NCBI GenBank assembly: GCA_964016885.1
Contig: OZ024742.1
Span: 7,378,001-7,442,000, forward strand
DNA: 64,000 bases
DNA from: Eledone cirrhosa
Taxonomy: Eukaryota
Direction: 5' to 3'
Shown: piece after piece, positions 40,101 to 53,099 of the stretch
Layout of the letters: every line of letters begins with the position of its first letter
How positions within the stretch are numbered: the stretch's first letter is position 1
Position numbers and translations under genes: made by a program
The notes under the pieces: generated by a model
The model's input: the letters and a program-made list of their open reading frames with translations, nothing else
Told to the model about the DNA's origin: nothing
Database searches by the model: none

Positions 40101-43100
40101 TAACTGTCATAGTTTCTACGTCTTTCTCTGTAACTGTCATAGTTTCTATGACTTTCTCTGTAACTGTCATAGTTTCTACGACTTTCTCCGTAACTGTCAT
40201 AGTTTCTATGACTTTCTCTATAACTGTCATAGTTTCTATGACTTTCTCTGTGGCTGTCATAGTTTCTACGACATTCTCTGTAACTGTCATAGTTTCTACG
40301 ACTTTCTCTGTAACTGTCATAGTTTCTACGACTTTCTCTGTAACTGTCATAGTTTCTATGACTTTCTCTGTAACTGTCATAGTTTCTACGACTTTCTCTG
40401 TAACTGTCATAGTTTCTATGACTTTCTCTGTAACTGTCATAGTTTCTACGACTTTCTCTGTAACTGTCATAGTTTCTACGACTTTCTCTGAAACTGTCAT
40501 AGTTTCTACGACTTTCTCTGTAACTGTCATAGTTTCTACGACTTTCTCTGTAACTGTCATAGTTTCTATGATTTTCTCTGTAACTGTCATAGTTTCTACG
40601 ACTTTCTCTGTAACTGTCATAGTTTCTATGACTTTCTCTATAACTGTCATAGTTTCTACGACTTTCTCTGTAACTGTCATAGTTTCGACGACTTTCTCTG
40701 TAACTGTCATAGTTTCTACGACTTTCCCCATAACAGTCTTAGTTTCTACGACTTTCTCTGTAACTGTCATAGTTTCTATGACTTTCTCTATAACTGTCAT
40801 AGTTTCTACGACTTTCTCTGTAACTGTCATAGTTTCTACGACATTCTCTGTAACTGTCATAGTTTCTACGACATTCTCTGTAACTGTCATAGTTTCTACG
40901 ACTTTCTCTGTAACTGTCATATTTTCTATGACTTTTTCTGTAACTGTCATAGTTTCTATGACTTTCTCTATAACTGTCATAGTTTCTATGACTTTCTCTG
41001 TACCTATCATAGTTTCTACTACTTTCTCTGTAACTGTCATAGTTTCTACGACTTTCTCTGTAACTGTCATAGTTTCTACGACTTTCTCTGTAACTGTCAT
41101 AGTTTCTACGACTTTCCCTATAACTGTCATAGTTTCTACGACTTTCTCTGTAACTGTCATAGTTTCTACGACATTCTCTGTAACTGTCATAGTTTCTACA
41201 ACTTTCTCTGTAACTGTCATAGTTTCTACGACTTTCTCTGTAACTGTCATAGTTTCTACGACATTCTCTGTAATTGTCATAGTTTCTATGACTTTCTCTA
41301 TAACTGTCATAGTTTTTACGACTTTCTCTGTAACTGTCATAGTTTCTATGACTTTCTTTGTAACTGTCATAGTTTCTACGACTTTCTCTGTAACTGTCAT
41401 AGTTTCTACGACTTTCTCTGTAACTGTTATAATAGTTTCTATGACTTTCTCTGTAACTGTCATAGTTTCTACGACTTTCTCTGTAACTGTCATATTTTCT
41501 ACGACTTTCTCTGTAACTGTCATAGTTTCTATGACATTCTCTATAACTGTCATAGTTTCTACGACTTTATCTGTAACTGTCATTGTTTCTACGACTTTCT
41601 CTGTAACTGTCATAGTTTCTATGATTTTCTCTGTAACTGTCATAGTTTCGACGACTTTCTCTGTAACTGTCATAGTTTCTACGACTTTCCCCATAACAGT
41701 CTTAGTTTCTACGACTTTCTCTGTAACTGTCATAGTTTCTATGACTTTCTCTATAACTGTCATAGTTTCTACGACTTTCTCTGTAACTGTCATAGTTTCT
41801 ACGACATTCTCTGTAACTGTCATAGTTTCTACGACATTCTCTGTAACTGTCATAGTTTCTACGACTTTCTCTGTAACTGTCATATTTTCTATGACTTTTT
41901 CTGTAACTGTCATAGTTTCTATGACTTTCTCTATAACTGTCATAGTTTCTATGACTTTCTCTGTACCTATCATAGTTTCTACTACTTTCTCTGTAACTGT
42001 CATAGTTTCTACGACTTTCTCTGTAACTGTCATAGTTTCTACGACTTTCTCTGTAACTGTCATAGTTTCTACGACTTTCCCTATAACTGTCATAGTTTCT
42101 ACGACTTTCTCTGTAACTGTCATAGTTTCTACGACATTCTCTGTAACTGTCATAGTTTCTACAACTTTCTCTGTAACTGTCATAGTTTCTACGACTTTCT
42201 CTGTAACTGTCATAGTTTCTACGACATTCTCTGTAATTGTCATAGTTTCTATGACTTTCTCTATAACTGTCATAGTTTTTACGACTTTCTCTGTAACTGT
42301 CATAGTTTCTATGACTTTCTTTGTAACTGTCATAGTTTCTACGACTTTCTCTGTAACTGTCATAGTTTCTACGACTTTCTCTGTAACTGTTATAATAGTT
42401 TCTATGACTTTCTCTGTAACTGTCATAGTTTCTACGACTTTCTCTGTAACTGTCATATTTTCTACGACTTTCTCTGTAACTGTCATAGTTTCTATGACAT
42501 TCTCTATAACTGTCATAGTTTCTACGACTTTATCTGTAACTGTCATTGTTTCTACGACTTTCTCTGTAACTGTCATAGTTTCTATGATTTTCTCTGTAAC
42601 TGTCATAGTTTCTACGACTTTCTCTGTAACTGTCATAGTTTCTATGACTTTCTCTGTAACTGTCATAGTTTCTACGACTTTCTCCGTAACTGTCATAGTT
42701 TCTATGACTTTCTCTATAACTGTCATAGTTTCTATGACTTTCTCTGTAGCTGTCATAGTTTCTATGACTTTCTCTGTAACTGTCATAGTTTCTATGACTT
42801 TCTCTGTAACTGTCATAGTTTCGACGACTTTCTCTGTAACTGTCATAGTTTCTACGACTTTCCCCATAACAGTCTTAGTTTCTACGACTTTCTCTGTAAC
42901 TGTCATAGTTTCTATGACTTTCTCTATAACTGTCATAGTTTCTACGACTTTCTCTGTAACTGTCATAGTTTCTACGACATTCTCTGTAACTGTCATAGTT
43001 TCTACGACATTCTCTGTAACTGTCATAGTTTCTACGACTTTCTCTGTAACTGTCATATTTTCTATGACTTTTTCTGTAACTGTCATAGTTTCTATGACTT

Positions 43101-46100
43101 TCTCTATAACTGTCATAGTTTCTATGACTTTCTCTGTACCTATCATAGTTTCTACTACTTTCTCTGTAACTGTCATAGTTTCTACGACTTTCTCTGTAAC
43201 TGTCATAGTTTCTACGACTTTCTCTGTAACTGTCATAGTTTCTACGACTTTCCCTATAACTGTCATAGTTTCTACGACTTTCTCTGTAACTATCATAGTT
43301 TCTACGACATTCTCTGTAACTGTCATAGTTTCTACAACTTTCTCTGTAACTGTCATAGTTTCTACGACTTTCTCTGTAACTGTCATAGTTTCTACGACAT
43401 TCTCTGTAATTGTCATAGTTTCTATGACTTTCTCTATAACTGTCATAGTTTTTACGACTTTCTCTGTAACTGTCATAGTTTCTATGACTTTCTTTGTAAC
43501 TGTCATAGTTTCTACGACTTTCTCTGTAACTGTCATAGTTTCTATGACTTTCTCTGTAGCTGTCATAGTTTCTATGACTTTCTCTGTAACTGTCATAGTT
43601 TCTATGACTTTCTCTGTAACTGTCATAGTTTCGACGACTTTCTCTGTAACTGTCATAGTTTCTACGACTTTCCCCATAACAGTCTTAGTTTCTACGACTT
43701 TCTCTGTAACTGTCATAGTTTCTATGACTTTCTCTATAACTGTCATAGTTTCTACGACTTTCTCTGTAACTGTCATAGTTTCTACGACATTCTCTGTAAC
43801 TGTCATAGTTTCTACGACATTCTCTGTAACTGTCATAGTTTCTACGACTTTCTCTGTAACTGTCATATTTTCTATGACTTTTTCTGTAACTGTCATAGTT
43901 TCTATGACTTTCTCTATAACTGTCATAGTTTCTATGACTTTCTCTGTACCTATCATAGTTTCTACTACTTTCTCTGTAACTGTCATAGTTTCTACGACTT
44001 TCTCTGTAACTGTCATAGTTTCTACGACTTTCTCTGTAACTGTCATAGTTTCTACGACTTTCCCTATAACTGTCATAGTTTCTACGACTTTCTCTGTAAC
44101 TGTCATAGTTTCTACGACATTCTCTGTAACTGTCATAGTTTCTACAACTTTCTCTGTAACTGTCATAGTTTCTACGACTTTCTCTGTAACTGTCATAGTT
44201 TCTACGACATTCTCTGTAATTGTCATAGTTTCTATGACTTTCTCTATAACTGTCATAGTTTTTACGACTTTCTCTGTAACTGTCATAGTTTCTATGACTT
44301 TCTTTGTAACTGTCATAGTTTCTACGACTTTCTCTGTAACTGTCATAGTTTCTACGACTTTCTCTGTAACTGTTATAATAGTTTCTATGACTTTCTCTGT
44401 AACTGTCATAGTTTCTACGACTTTCTCTGTAACTGTCATATTTTCTACGACTTTCTCTGTAACTGTCATAGTTTCTATGACATTCTCTATAACTGTCATA
44501 GTTTCTACGACTTTATCTGTAACTGTCATTGTTTCTACGACTTTCTCTGTAACTGTCATAGTTTCTATGATTTTCTCTGTAACTGTCATAGTTTCTACGA
44601 CTTTCTCTCTAACTGTCATAGTTTCTATGACTTTCTCTGTAACTGTCATAGTTTCTACGACTTTCTCCGTAACTGTCATAGTTTCTATGACTTTCTCTAT
44701 AACTGTCATAGTTTCTATGACTTTCTCTGTAGCTGTCATAGTTTCTATGACTTTCTCTGTAACTGTCATAGTTTCTATGACTTTCTCTGTAACTGTCATA
44801 GTTTCTACGACGTTCTCTGTAACTGTGATAGTTTCTATGACTTTCTCTGTAACTGCCATATTTTCTACGACTTTCTCTGTAACTGTCATAGTTTCTACGA
44901 CTTTCTCTATAACTGTCATAGTTTCTATGACATTCTCTGTAACTGTCATAGTTTCTACGACATTCTCTATAACTGTCATAGTTTCTACGAATTTCTCTGT
45001 GACTGTCATAGTTTCTACGACTTTCTCTGTAACTGTCATAGTTTCTACGACTTTCTCTGTAACTGTCATAGTTTCTATGATTTTCTCTGTAACTGTCATA
45101 GTTTCTACGACATTCTCTATAACTGTCATAGTTTCTACGACTTTCTCTGTAACTGTCATAGTTTCTATGACTTTCTCTATAACTGTCATAGTTTCTACGA
45201 CTATCTCTGTAACTGTCATAGTTTCTACGACATTCTCTATAATTGTCATAGTTTCTACGACTTTCTCTGTAACTGTCATAGTTTCTACGACATTCTCTGT
45301 AACTGTCATAGTTTCTACGACATTCTCTGTAACTGTCATAGTTTCTACGACTTTCTCTGTAACTGTCATAGTTTCTATGACTTTTTCTGTAACTGTCATA
45401 GTTTCTATGACTTTCTCTATAACTGTCATAGTTTCTATGACTTTCTCTGTACCTATCATAGTTTCTACTACTTTCTCTGTAACTGTCATAGTTTCTACGA
45501 CTTTCTCTGTAACTGTCATAGTTTCTACGACTTTCTCTGTAACTGTCATAGTTTCTACGACTTTCCCTATAACTGTCATAGTTTCTACGACTTTCTCTGT
45601 AACTGTCATAGTTTCTACGACATTCTCTGTAACTGTCATAGTTTCTACGACTTTCTCTGTAACTGTCATAGTTTCTACGACTTTCTCTGTAACTGTCATA
45701 GTTTCTATGACTTTCTCTGTAACTGTCATAGTTTCTACGACTTTCTCTGTAACTGTCATAGTTTCTACGACTTTCTCTGTAACTGTCATAGTTTCTACGA
45801 CTTTCTCTGTAACTGTCATAGTTTCTACGACTTTCTCTGTAACTGTCATAGTTTCTACGACATTCTCTGTAATTGTCATAGTTTCTATGACTTTCTCTAT
45901 AACTGTCATAGTTTTTACGACTTTCTCTGTAACTGTCATAGTTTCTATGACTTTCTCTGTAACTGTCATAGTTTCTACGACTTTCTCTGTAACTGTCATA
46001 GTTTCTACGACTTTCTCTGTAACTGTTATAATAGTTTCTATGACTTTCTCTGTAACTGTCATAGTTTCTACGACTTTCTCTGTAACTGTCATATTTTCTA

Positions 46101-46452
46101 CGACTTTCTCTGTAACTGTCATAGTTTCTATGACATTCTCTATAACTGTCATAGTTTCTACGACTTTATCTGTAACTGTCATTGTTTCTACGACTTTCTC
46201 TGTAACTGTCATAGTTTCTATGATTTTCTCTGTAACTGTCATAGTTTCTACGTCTTTCTCTGTAACTGTCATAGTTTCTATGACTTTCTCTGTAACTGTC
46301 ATAGTTTCTACGACTTTCTCCGTAACTGTCATAGTTTCTATGACTTTCTCTATAACTGTCATAGTTTCTATGACTTTCTCTGTGGCTGTCATAGTTTCTA
46401 CGACATTCTCTGTAACTGTCATAGTTTCTACGACTTTCTCTGTAACTGTCAT
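34190..46452. repeat. Near-perfect tandem duplication of 6132 bp (204 monomers), itself built from ~0.8-1.2 kb sub-blocks
   Basis: 33-bp monomers at 35290/36253/38236/39889 recur at 41422/42385/44368/46021 (all +6132). Rare variants TCTTTC after ACG (40121/46253) and TGGCTGTC (40251/46383) share the same offset. Confidence 0.92.
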
Positions 46453-49400
46453 ACTTTCTGCGACTTTCTCTGTAACTGTCATAGTTTCTATGACTTTCTC
46501 TGTAACTGTCATAGTTTCTCTGACTTTCTCTGTAACTGTCATAGTTTCTACGACGTTCTCTGTAACTGTGATAGTTTCTATGACTTTCTCTGTAACTGCC
46601 ATAGTTTCTACGACTTTCTCTGTAACTGTCATAGTTTCTACGACTTTCTCTATAACTGTCATCGTTTCTATGACATTCTCTGTAACTGTCATAGTTTCTA
46701 CGACATTCTCTATAACTGTCATAGTTTCTACGAATTTCTCTGTAACTGTCATAGTTTCTACGACTTTCTCTGTAACTGTCATAGTTTCTACGACTTTCTC
46801 TGTAACTGTCATAGTTTCTATGATTTTCTCTGTAACTGTCATAGTTTCTACGACATTCTCTATAACTGTCATAGTTTCTACGACTTTCTCTGTAACTGTC
46901 ATAGTTTCTATGACTTTCTCTATAACTGTCATAGTTTCTACGACTATCTCTGTAACTGTCATAGTTTCTACGACATTCTCTATAATTGTCATAGTTTCTA
47001 CGACATTCTCTGTAACTGTCATAGTTTCTACGACATTCTCTGTAACTGTCATAGTTTCTACGACATTCTCTGTAACTGTCATAGTTTCTACGACTTTCTC
47101 TGTAACTGTCATAGTTTCTATGACTTTCTCTGTAACTGTCATAGTTTCTATGACTTTCTCTATAACTGTCATAGTTTCTATGACTTTCTCTGTACCTATC
47201 ATAGTTTTTACTACTTTCTCTGTAACTGTCATAGTTTCTACGACTTTCTCTGTAACTGTCATAGTTTCTACGACTTTCTCTGTAACTGTCATAGTTTCTA
47301 CGACTTTCCCTATAACTGTCATAGTTTCTACGACTTTCTCTGTAACTGTCATAGTTTCTACGACATTCTCTATAATTGTCATAGTTTCTACGACTTTCTC
47401 TGTAACTGTTATAGTTTCTACGACTTTCTCTGAAACTGTCATAGTTTCTACGACTTTCTCTGTAACTGTCATAGTTTCTACGACTTTCTCTGTAACTGTC
47501 ATAGTTTCTACGACTTTCTCTGTGACTGTCATAGTTTCTACGACTTTCTCTATAACTGTCATAGTTTCTACGAATTTCTCTGTAACTGTCATAGTTTCTA
47601 CGACTTTCTCTGTAACTGTCATAGTTTCTATGACTTTTTCTGTAACTGTCATAGTTTCTATGACTTTCTCTATAACTGTCATAGTTTCTACGACTTTCTC
47701 TGTAACTGTCATATTTTCTACGACTTTCTCTGTAACTGTCAGAGTGTCTACGACTTTCTCTGTAACTGTCATAGTTTCTACGACATTTTCTGTAACTGTC
47801 ATAGTTTCTACGACTTTCCCTATAAATGTCATAGTTTCTACGACTTTCTCTGTAACTGTCATAGTTTCGACGACTTTCTCTGTAACTGTCATAGTTTCTA
47901 CGACTTTCCCCATAACAGTCTTAGTTTCTACGACTTTCTCTGTAATTGTCATAGTTTCTATGACTTTCTCTGTAACTGTCATAGTTTCTACGACTTTCTC
48001 TGTAACTGTCATAGTTTCTACGACTTTCTCTGTAACTGTCATAGTTTCTACGACATTCTCTGTAACTGTCATAGTTTCTACGACTTTCCCTATAACAGTC
48101 ATAGTTTCTACGACTTTCTCTGTAACTGTCATAGTTTCTATGACTTTCTCTGTAACTGTCATAGTTTCTACGACTTTCTCTGTAACTGTCATAGTTTCTA
48201 TGACTTTCTCTGTAACTGTCATAGTTTCTACGACTTTCTCTGTAACTGTCATAGTTTCTACGACTTTCTCTGAAACTGTCATAGTTTCTACGACTTTCTC
48301 TGTAACTGTCATAGTTTCTACGACTTTCTCTGTAACTGTCATAGTTTCTATGATTTTCTCTGTAACTGTCATAGTTTCTACGACATTCTCTATAACTCTC
48401 ATAGTTTCTACGAATTTCTCTGTAACTGTCATAGTTTCTACGACTTTCTCTGTAACTGTCAGTTTCTACGACTTTCTCTGTAACTGTCATAGTTTCTATG
48501 ATTTTCTCTGTAACTGTCATAGTTTCTACGGCATTCTCTATAACTGTCATAGTTTCTACGACTTTCTCTGTAACTGTCATAGTTTCTATGACTTTCTCTA
48601 TAACTGTCATAGTTTCTACGACTTTCTCTGTAACTGTCATAGTTTCTACGACATTCTCTATAATTGTCATAGTTTCTACGACTTTCTCTGTAACTCTCAT
48701 AGTTTCTACGACATTCTCTGTAACTGTCATAGTTTCTACGACATTCTCTGTAACTGTCATAGTTTCTACGACTTTCTCTGTAACTGTCATAGTTTCTACG
48801 ACTTTCTCTATAGCTGTCATAGTTTCTACGAATTTCTCTGTAACTGTCATAGTTTCTACGACTTTCTCTGTAACTGTCATAGTTTCTACGACTTTCTCTG
48901 TAACTGTCATAGTTTCTATGATTTTCTCTGTAACTGTCATAGTTTCTACGACATTCTCTATAACTGTCATAGTTTCTACGACTTTCTCTGTAACTGTCAT
49001 AGTTTCTACGACTTTCTCTATAACTGTCATAGTTTCTACGACTTTCTCTGTAACTGTCATAGTTTCTACGACTTTCCCTATAACTGTCATAGTTTCTACG
49101 ACTTTCTCTCTAACTGTCATAGTTTCTACGACAATCTCTGTAACTGTCAGAGTGTCTACGACTTTCTCTGTAACTGTCATATTTTCTACGACTTTCTCTG
49201 TAACTGTCAGTGTCTACGACTTTCTCTGTAACTGTCATAGTTTCTACGACATTTTCTGTAACTGTCATAGTTTCTACGACTTTCCCTATAAATGTCATAG
49301 TTTCTACGACTTTCTCTGTAACTGTCAGTTTCGACAACTTTCTCTGTAACTGTCATAGTTTCTACGACTTTCCCCATAACAGTCATAGTTTCTACGACTT

Positions 49401-52400
49401 TCTTTGTAACTGTCATAGTTTCTATGACTTTCTCTGTAACTGTCATAGTTTCTACGACTTTCTCTGTAACTGTCATAGTTTCTACGACTTTCTCTGTAAC
49501 TGTCATAGTTTCTACGACATTCTCTGTAACTGTCATAGTTTCTACGACTTTCCCTATAACAGTCATAGTTTCTACGACTTTCTCTGTAACTGTCATAGTT
49601 TCTATGACTTTCTCTGTAACTGTCATAGTTTCTACGACTTTCTCTGTAACTGTCATAGTTTCTACGACTTTCTCTGTAACTGTCATAGTTTCTACGACAT
49701 TCTCTGTAACTGTCATAGTTTCTACGACTTTCCCTATAACAGTCATAGTTTCTACGACTTTCTCTGTAACTGTCATAGTTTCTATGACTTTCTCTGTAAC
49801 TGTCATAGTTTCTACGACTTTCTCTGTAACTGTCATAGTTTCTATGACTTTCTCTGTAACTCTCATAGTTTCTACGAATTTCTCTGTAACTGTCATAGTT
49901 TCTACGACTTTCTCTGTAACTGTCATAGTTTCTACGACTTTCTCTGTAACTGTCATAGTTTCTATGATTTTCTCTGTAACTGTCATAGTTTCTACGACAT
50001 TCTCTATAACTGTCATAGTTTCTACGACATTCTCTGTAACTGTCATAGTTTCTTTGACTTTCTCTATAACTGTCATAGTTTCTACGACTTTCTCTGTAAC
50101 TGTCATAGTTTCTACGACATTCTCTATAATTGTCATAGTTTCTACGACTTTCTCTGTAACTGTCATAGTTTCTACGACATTCTCTGTAACTGTCATAGTT
50201 TCTACGACATTCTCTGTAACTGTCATAGTTTCTACGACTTTCTCTGTAACTGTCATAGTTTCTATGACTTTCTCTGTAACTGTCATAGTTTCTATGACTT
50301 TCTCTATAACTGTCATAGTTTCTATGACTTTCTCTGTACCTATCATAGTTTCTACTACTTTCTCTGTAACTGTCATAGTTTCTACGACTTTCTCTGTAAC
50401 TGTCATAGTTTCTACGACTTTCTCTGTAACTGTCATAGTTTCTACGACATTCCCTATAACTGTCATAGTTTCTACGACTTTCTCTGTAACTGTCATAGTT
50501 TCTACGACATTCTCTATAATTGTCATAGTTTCTACGACTTTCTCTGTAACTGTCATAGTTTCTACGACATTCTCTGTAACTGTCATAGTTTCTACGACAT
50601 TCTCTGTAACTGTCATAGTTTCTACGACTTTCTCTATAACTGTCATAGTTTCTACGACTTTCTCTGTAACTTTCATAGTTTCTACGACTTTCTCTGTAAC
50701 TCTCATAGTTTCTATGACTTTCTCTGTAACTGTCACAGTTTCTACGACTTTCTCTGTAACTATCATAGTTTCTACGACGTTCTCTGTAACTGTCATAGTT
50801 TCTACGACATTCTCTGTAACTGTCATAGTTTCTACGACTTTCTCTGTAACTGTCATAGTTTCTACGACTTTCTCTGTAACTGTCATAGTTTCTATGACTT
50901 TCTCTGTAACTGTCACAGTTTCTACGACATTCTCTCTAACTGTCATAGTTTCTACGACTTTCCCTATAACTGTCATAGTTTCTACGACAATCTCTGTAAC
51001 TGTCAGAGTGTCTACGACTTTCTCTGTAACTGTCATATTTTCTACGACTTTCTCTGTAACTGTCAGAGTGTCTACGATTTTCTCTGTAACTGTCATAGTT
51101 TCTACGACATTTTCTGTAACTGTCATAGTTTCTACGACTTTCCCTATAAATGTCATAGTTTCTACGACTTTCTCTGTAACTGTCATAGTTTCGACGACTT
51201 TCTCTGTAACTGTCATAGTTTCTACGACATTCCCCATAACAGTCATAGTTTCTACGACTTTCTCTGTAACTGTCATAGTTTCTATGACTTTCTCTGTAAC
51301 TGTCATAGTTTCTACGACTTTCTCTGTAACTGTCATAGTTTCTACGACTTTCTCTGTAACTGTCATAGTTTCTACGACATTCTCTGTAATTGTCATAGTT
51401 TCTACGACTTTCCCTATAACAGTCATAGTTTCTACGACTTTCTCTGTAACTGTCATAGTTTCTATGACTTTCTCTGTAACTGTCATAGTTTCTACGACTT
51501 TCTCTGTAACTGTCATAGTTTCTATGACTTTCTCTGTAACTCTCATAGTTTCTACGAATTTCTCTGTAACTGTCATAGTTTCTACGACTTTCTCTGTAAC
51601 TGTCATAGTTTCTACGACTTTCTCTGTAACTGTCATAGTTTCTATGATTTTCTATGTAACTGTCATAGTTTCTACGACATTCTCTATAACTGTCATAGTT
51701 TCTACGACTTTCTCTGTAACTGTCATAGTTTCTTTGACTTTCTCTATAACTGTCATAGTTTCTACGACTTTCTCTGTAACTGTCATAGTTTCTACGACTT
51801 TCTCTGTAACTGTCATAGTTTCGACGACTTTCTCTGTAACTGTCATAGTTTCTACGACTTTCCCCATAACAGTCATAGTTTCTACGATTTTCTCTGTAAC
51901 TGTCATAGTTTCTATGACTTTCTCTGTAACTGTCATAGTTTCTACGACTTTCTCTGTAACTGTCATAGTTTCTACGACTTTCTCTGTAACTGTCATAGTT
52001 TCTACGACATTCTCTGTAATTGTCATAGTTTCTACGACTTTCCCTATAACAGTCATAGTTTCTACGACTTTCTCTGTAACTGTCATAGTTTCTATGACTT
52101 TCTCTGTAACTGTCATAGTTTCTACGACTTTCTCTGTAACTGTCATAGTTTCTATGACTTTCTCTGTAACTCTCATAGTTTCTACGAATTCCTCTGTAAC
52201 TGTCATAGTTTCTACGACTTTCTCTGTAACTGTCATAGTTTCTACGACTTTCTCTGTAACTGTCATAGTTTCTATGATTTTCTCTGTAACTGTCATAGTT
52301 TCTACGACATTCTCTATAACTGTCATAGTTTCTACGACTTTCTCTGTAACTGTCATAGTTTCTTTGACTTTCTCTATAACTGTCATAGTTTCTACGACTT

Positions 52401-53099
52401 TCTCTGTAACTGTCATAGTTTCTACGACATTCTCTATAATTGTCATAGTCTCTACGACTTTCTCTGTAACTGTCATAGTTTCTACGACATTCTCTGTAAC
52501 TGTCATAGTTTCTACGACTTTCTCTGTAACTGTCATAGTTTCTACGACTTTCTCTGTAACTGTCATAGTTTCTACGACATTCTCTGTAACTGTCATAGTT
52601 TCTACGACTTTCTCTGTAACTGTCATAGTTTCTACGACTTTCTCTGTAACTGTCATAGTTTCTACGACATTCTCTGTAACTGTCATAGTTTCTACGACTT
52701 TCTCTGTAACTGTCATAGTTTCTACGACTTTCTCTGTAACTGTCATAGATTCTACGACATTCTCTGTAACTGTCATAGTTTCTACGACTTTCTCTGTAAC
52801 TGTCATAGTTTCTATGACTTTCTCTGTAACTGTCATAGTTTCTATGACTTTCTCTATAACTGTCATAGTTTCTATGACTTTCTCTGTACCTATCATAGTT
52901 TCTACTACTTTCTCTGTAACTGTCATAGATTCTACGACTTTCTCTGTAACTGTCATAGTTTCTACGACTTTCTCTGTAACTGTCATAGTTTCTACGACAT
53001 TCTCTGTAATTGTCATAGTTTCTACGACTTTCCCTATAACAGTCATAGTTTCTACGACTTTCTCTGTAACTGTCATAGTTTCTATGACTTTCTCTGTAA

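Noticed and set aside
1217-49231. Multi-kb plus-strand ORFs (VTVIVSTTFS)n, including 1217..9271 crossing the junction
   Set aside because: None of the ten consensus codons is one substitution from a stop, so the frame stays open by construction. ORFs swap frames at indels and contain no non-repeat domain.
2438-49337. Minus-strand (SYRESRRNYD)n translations resembling RS/SR-rich proteins
   Set aside because: Simply the alternative frame of the same 30-mer, entered through frameshifts. No RRM or other domain is present.
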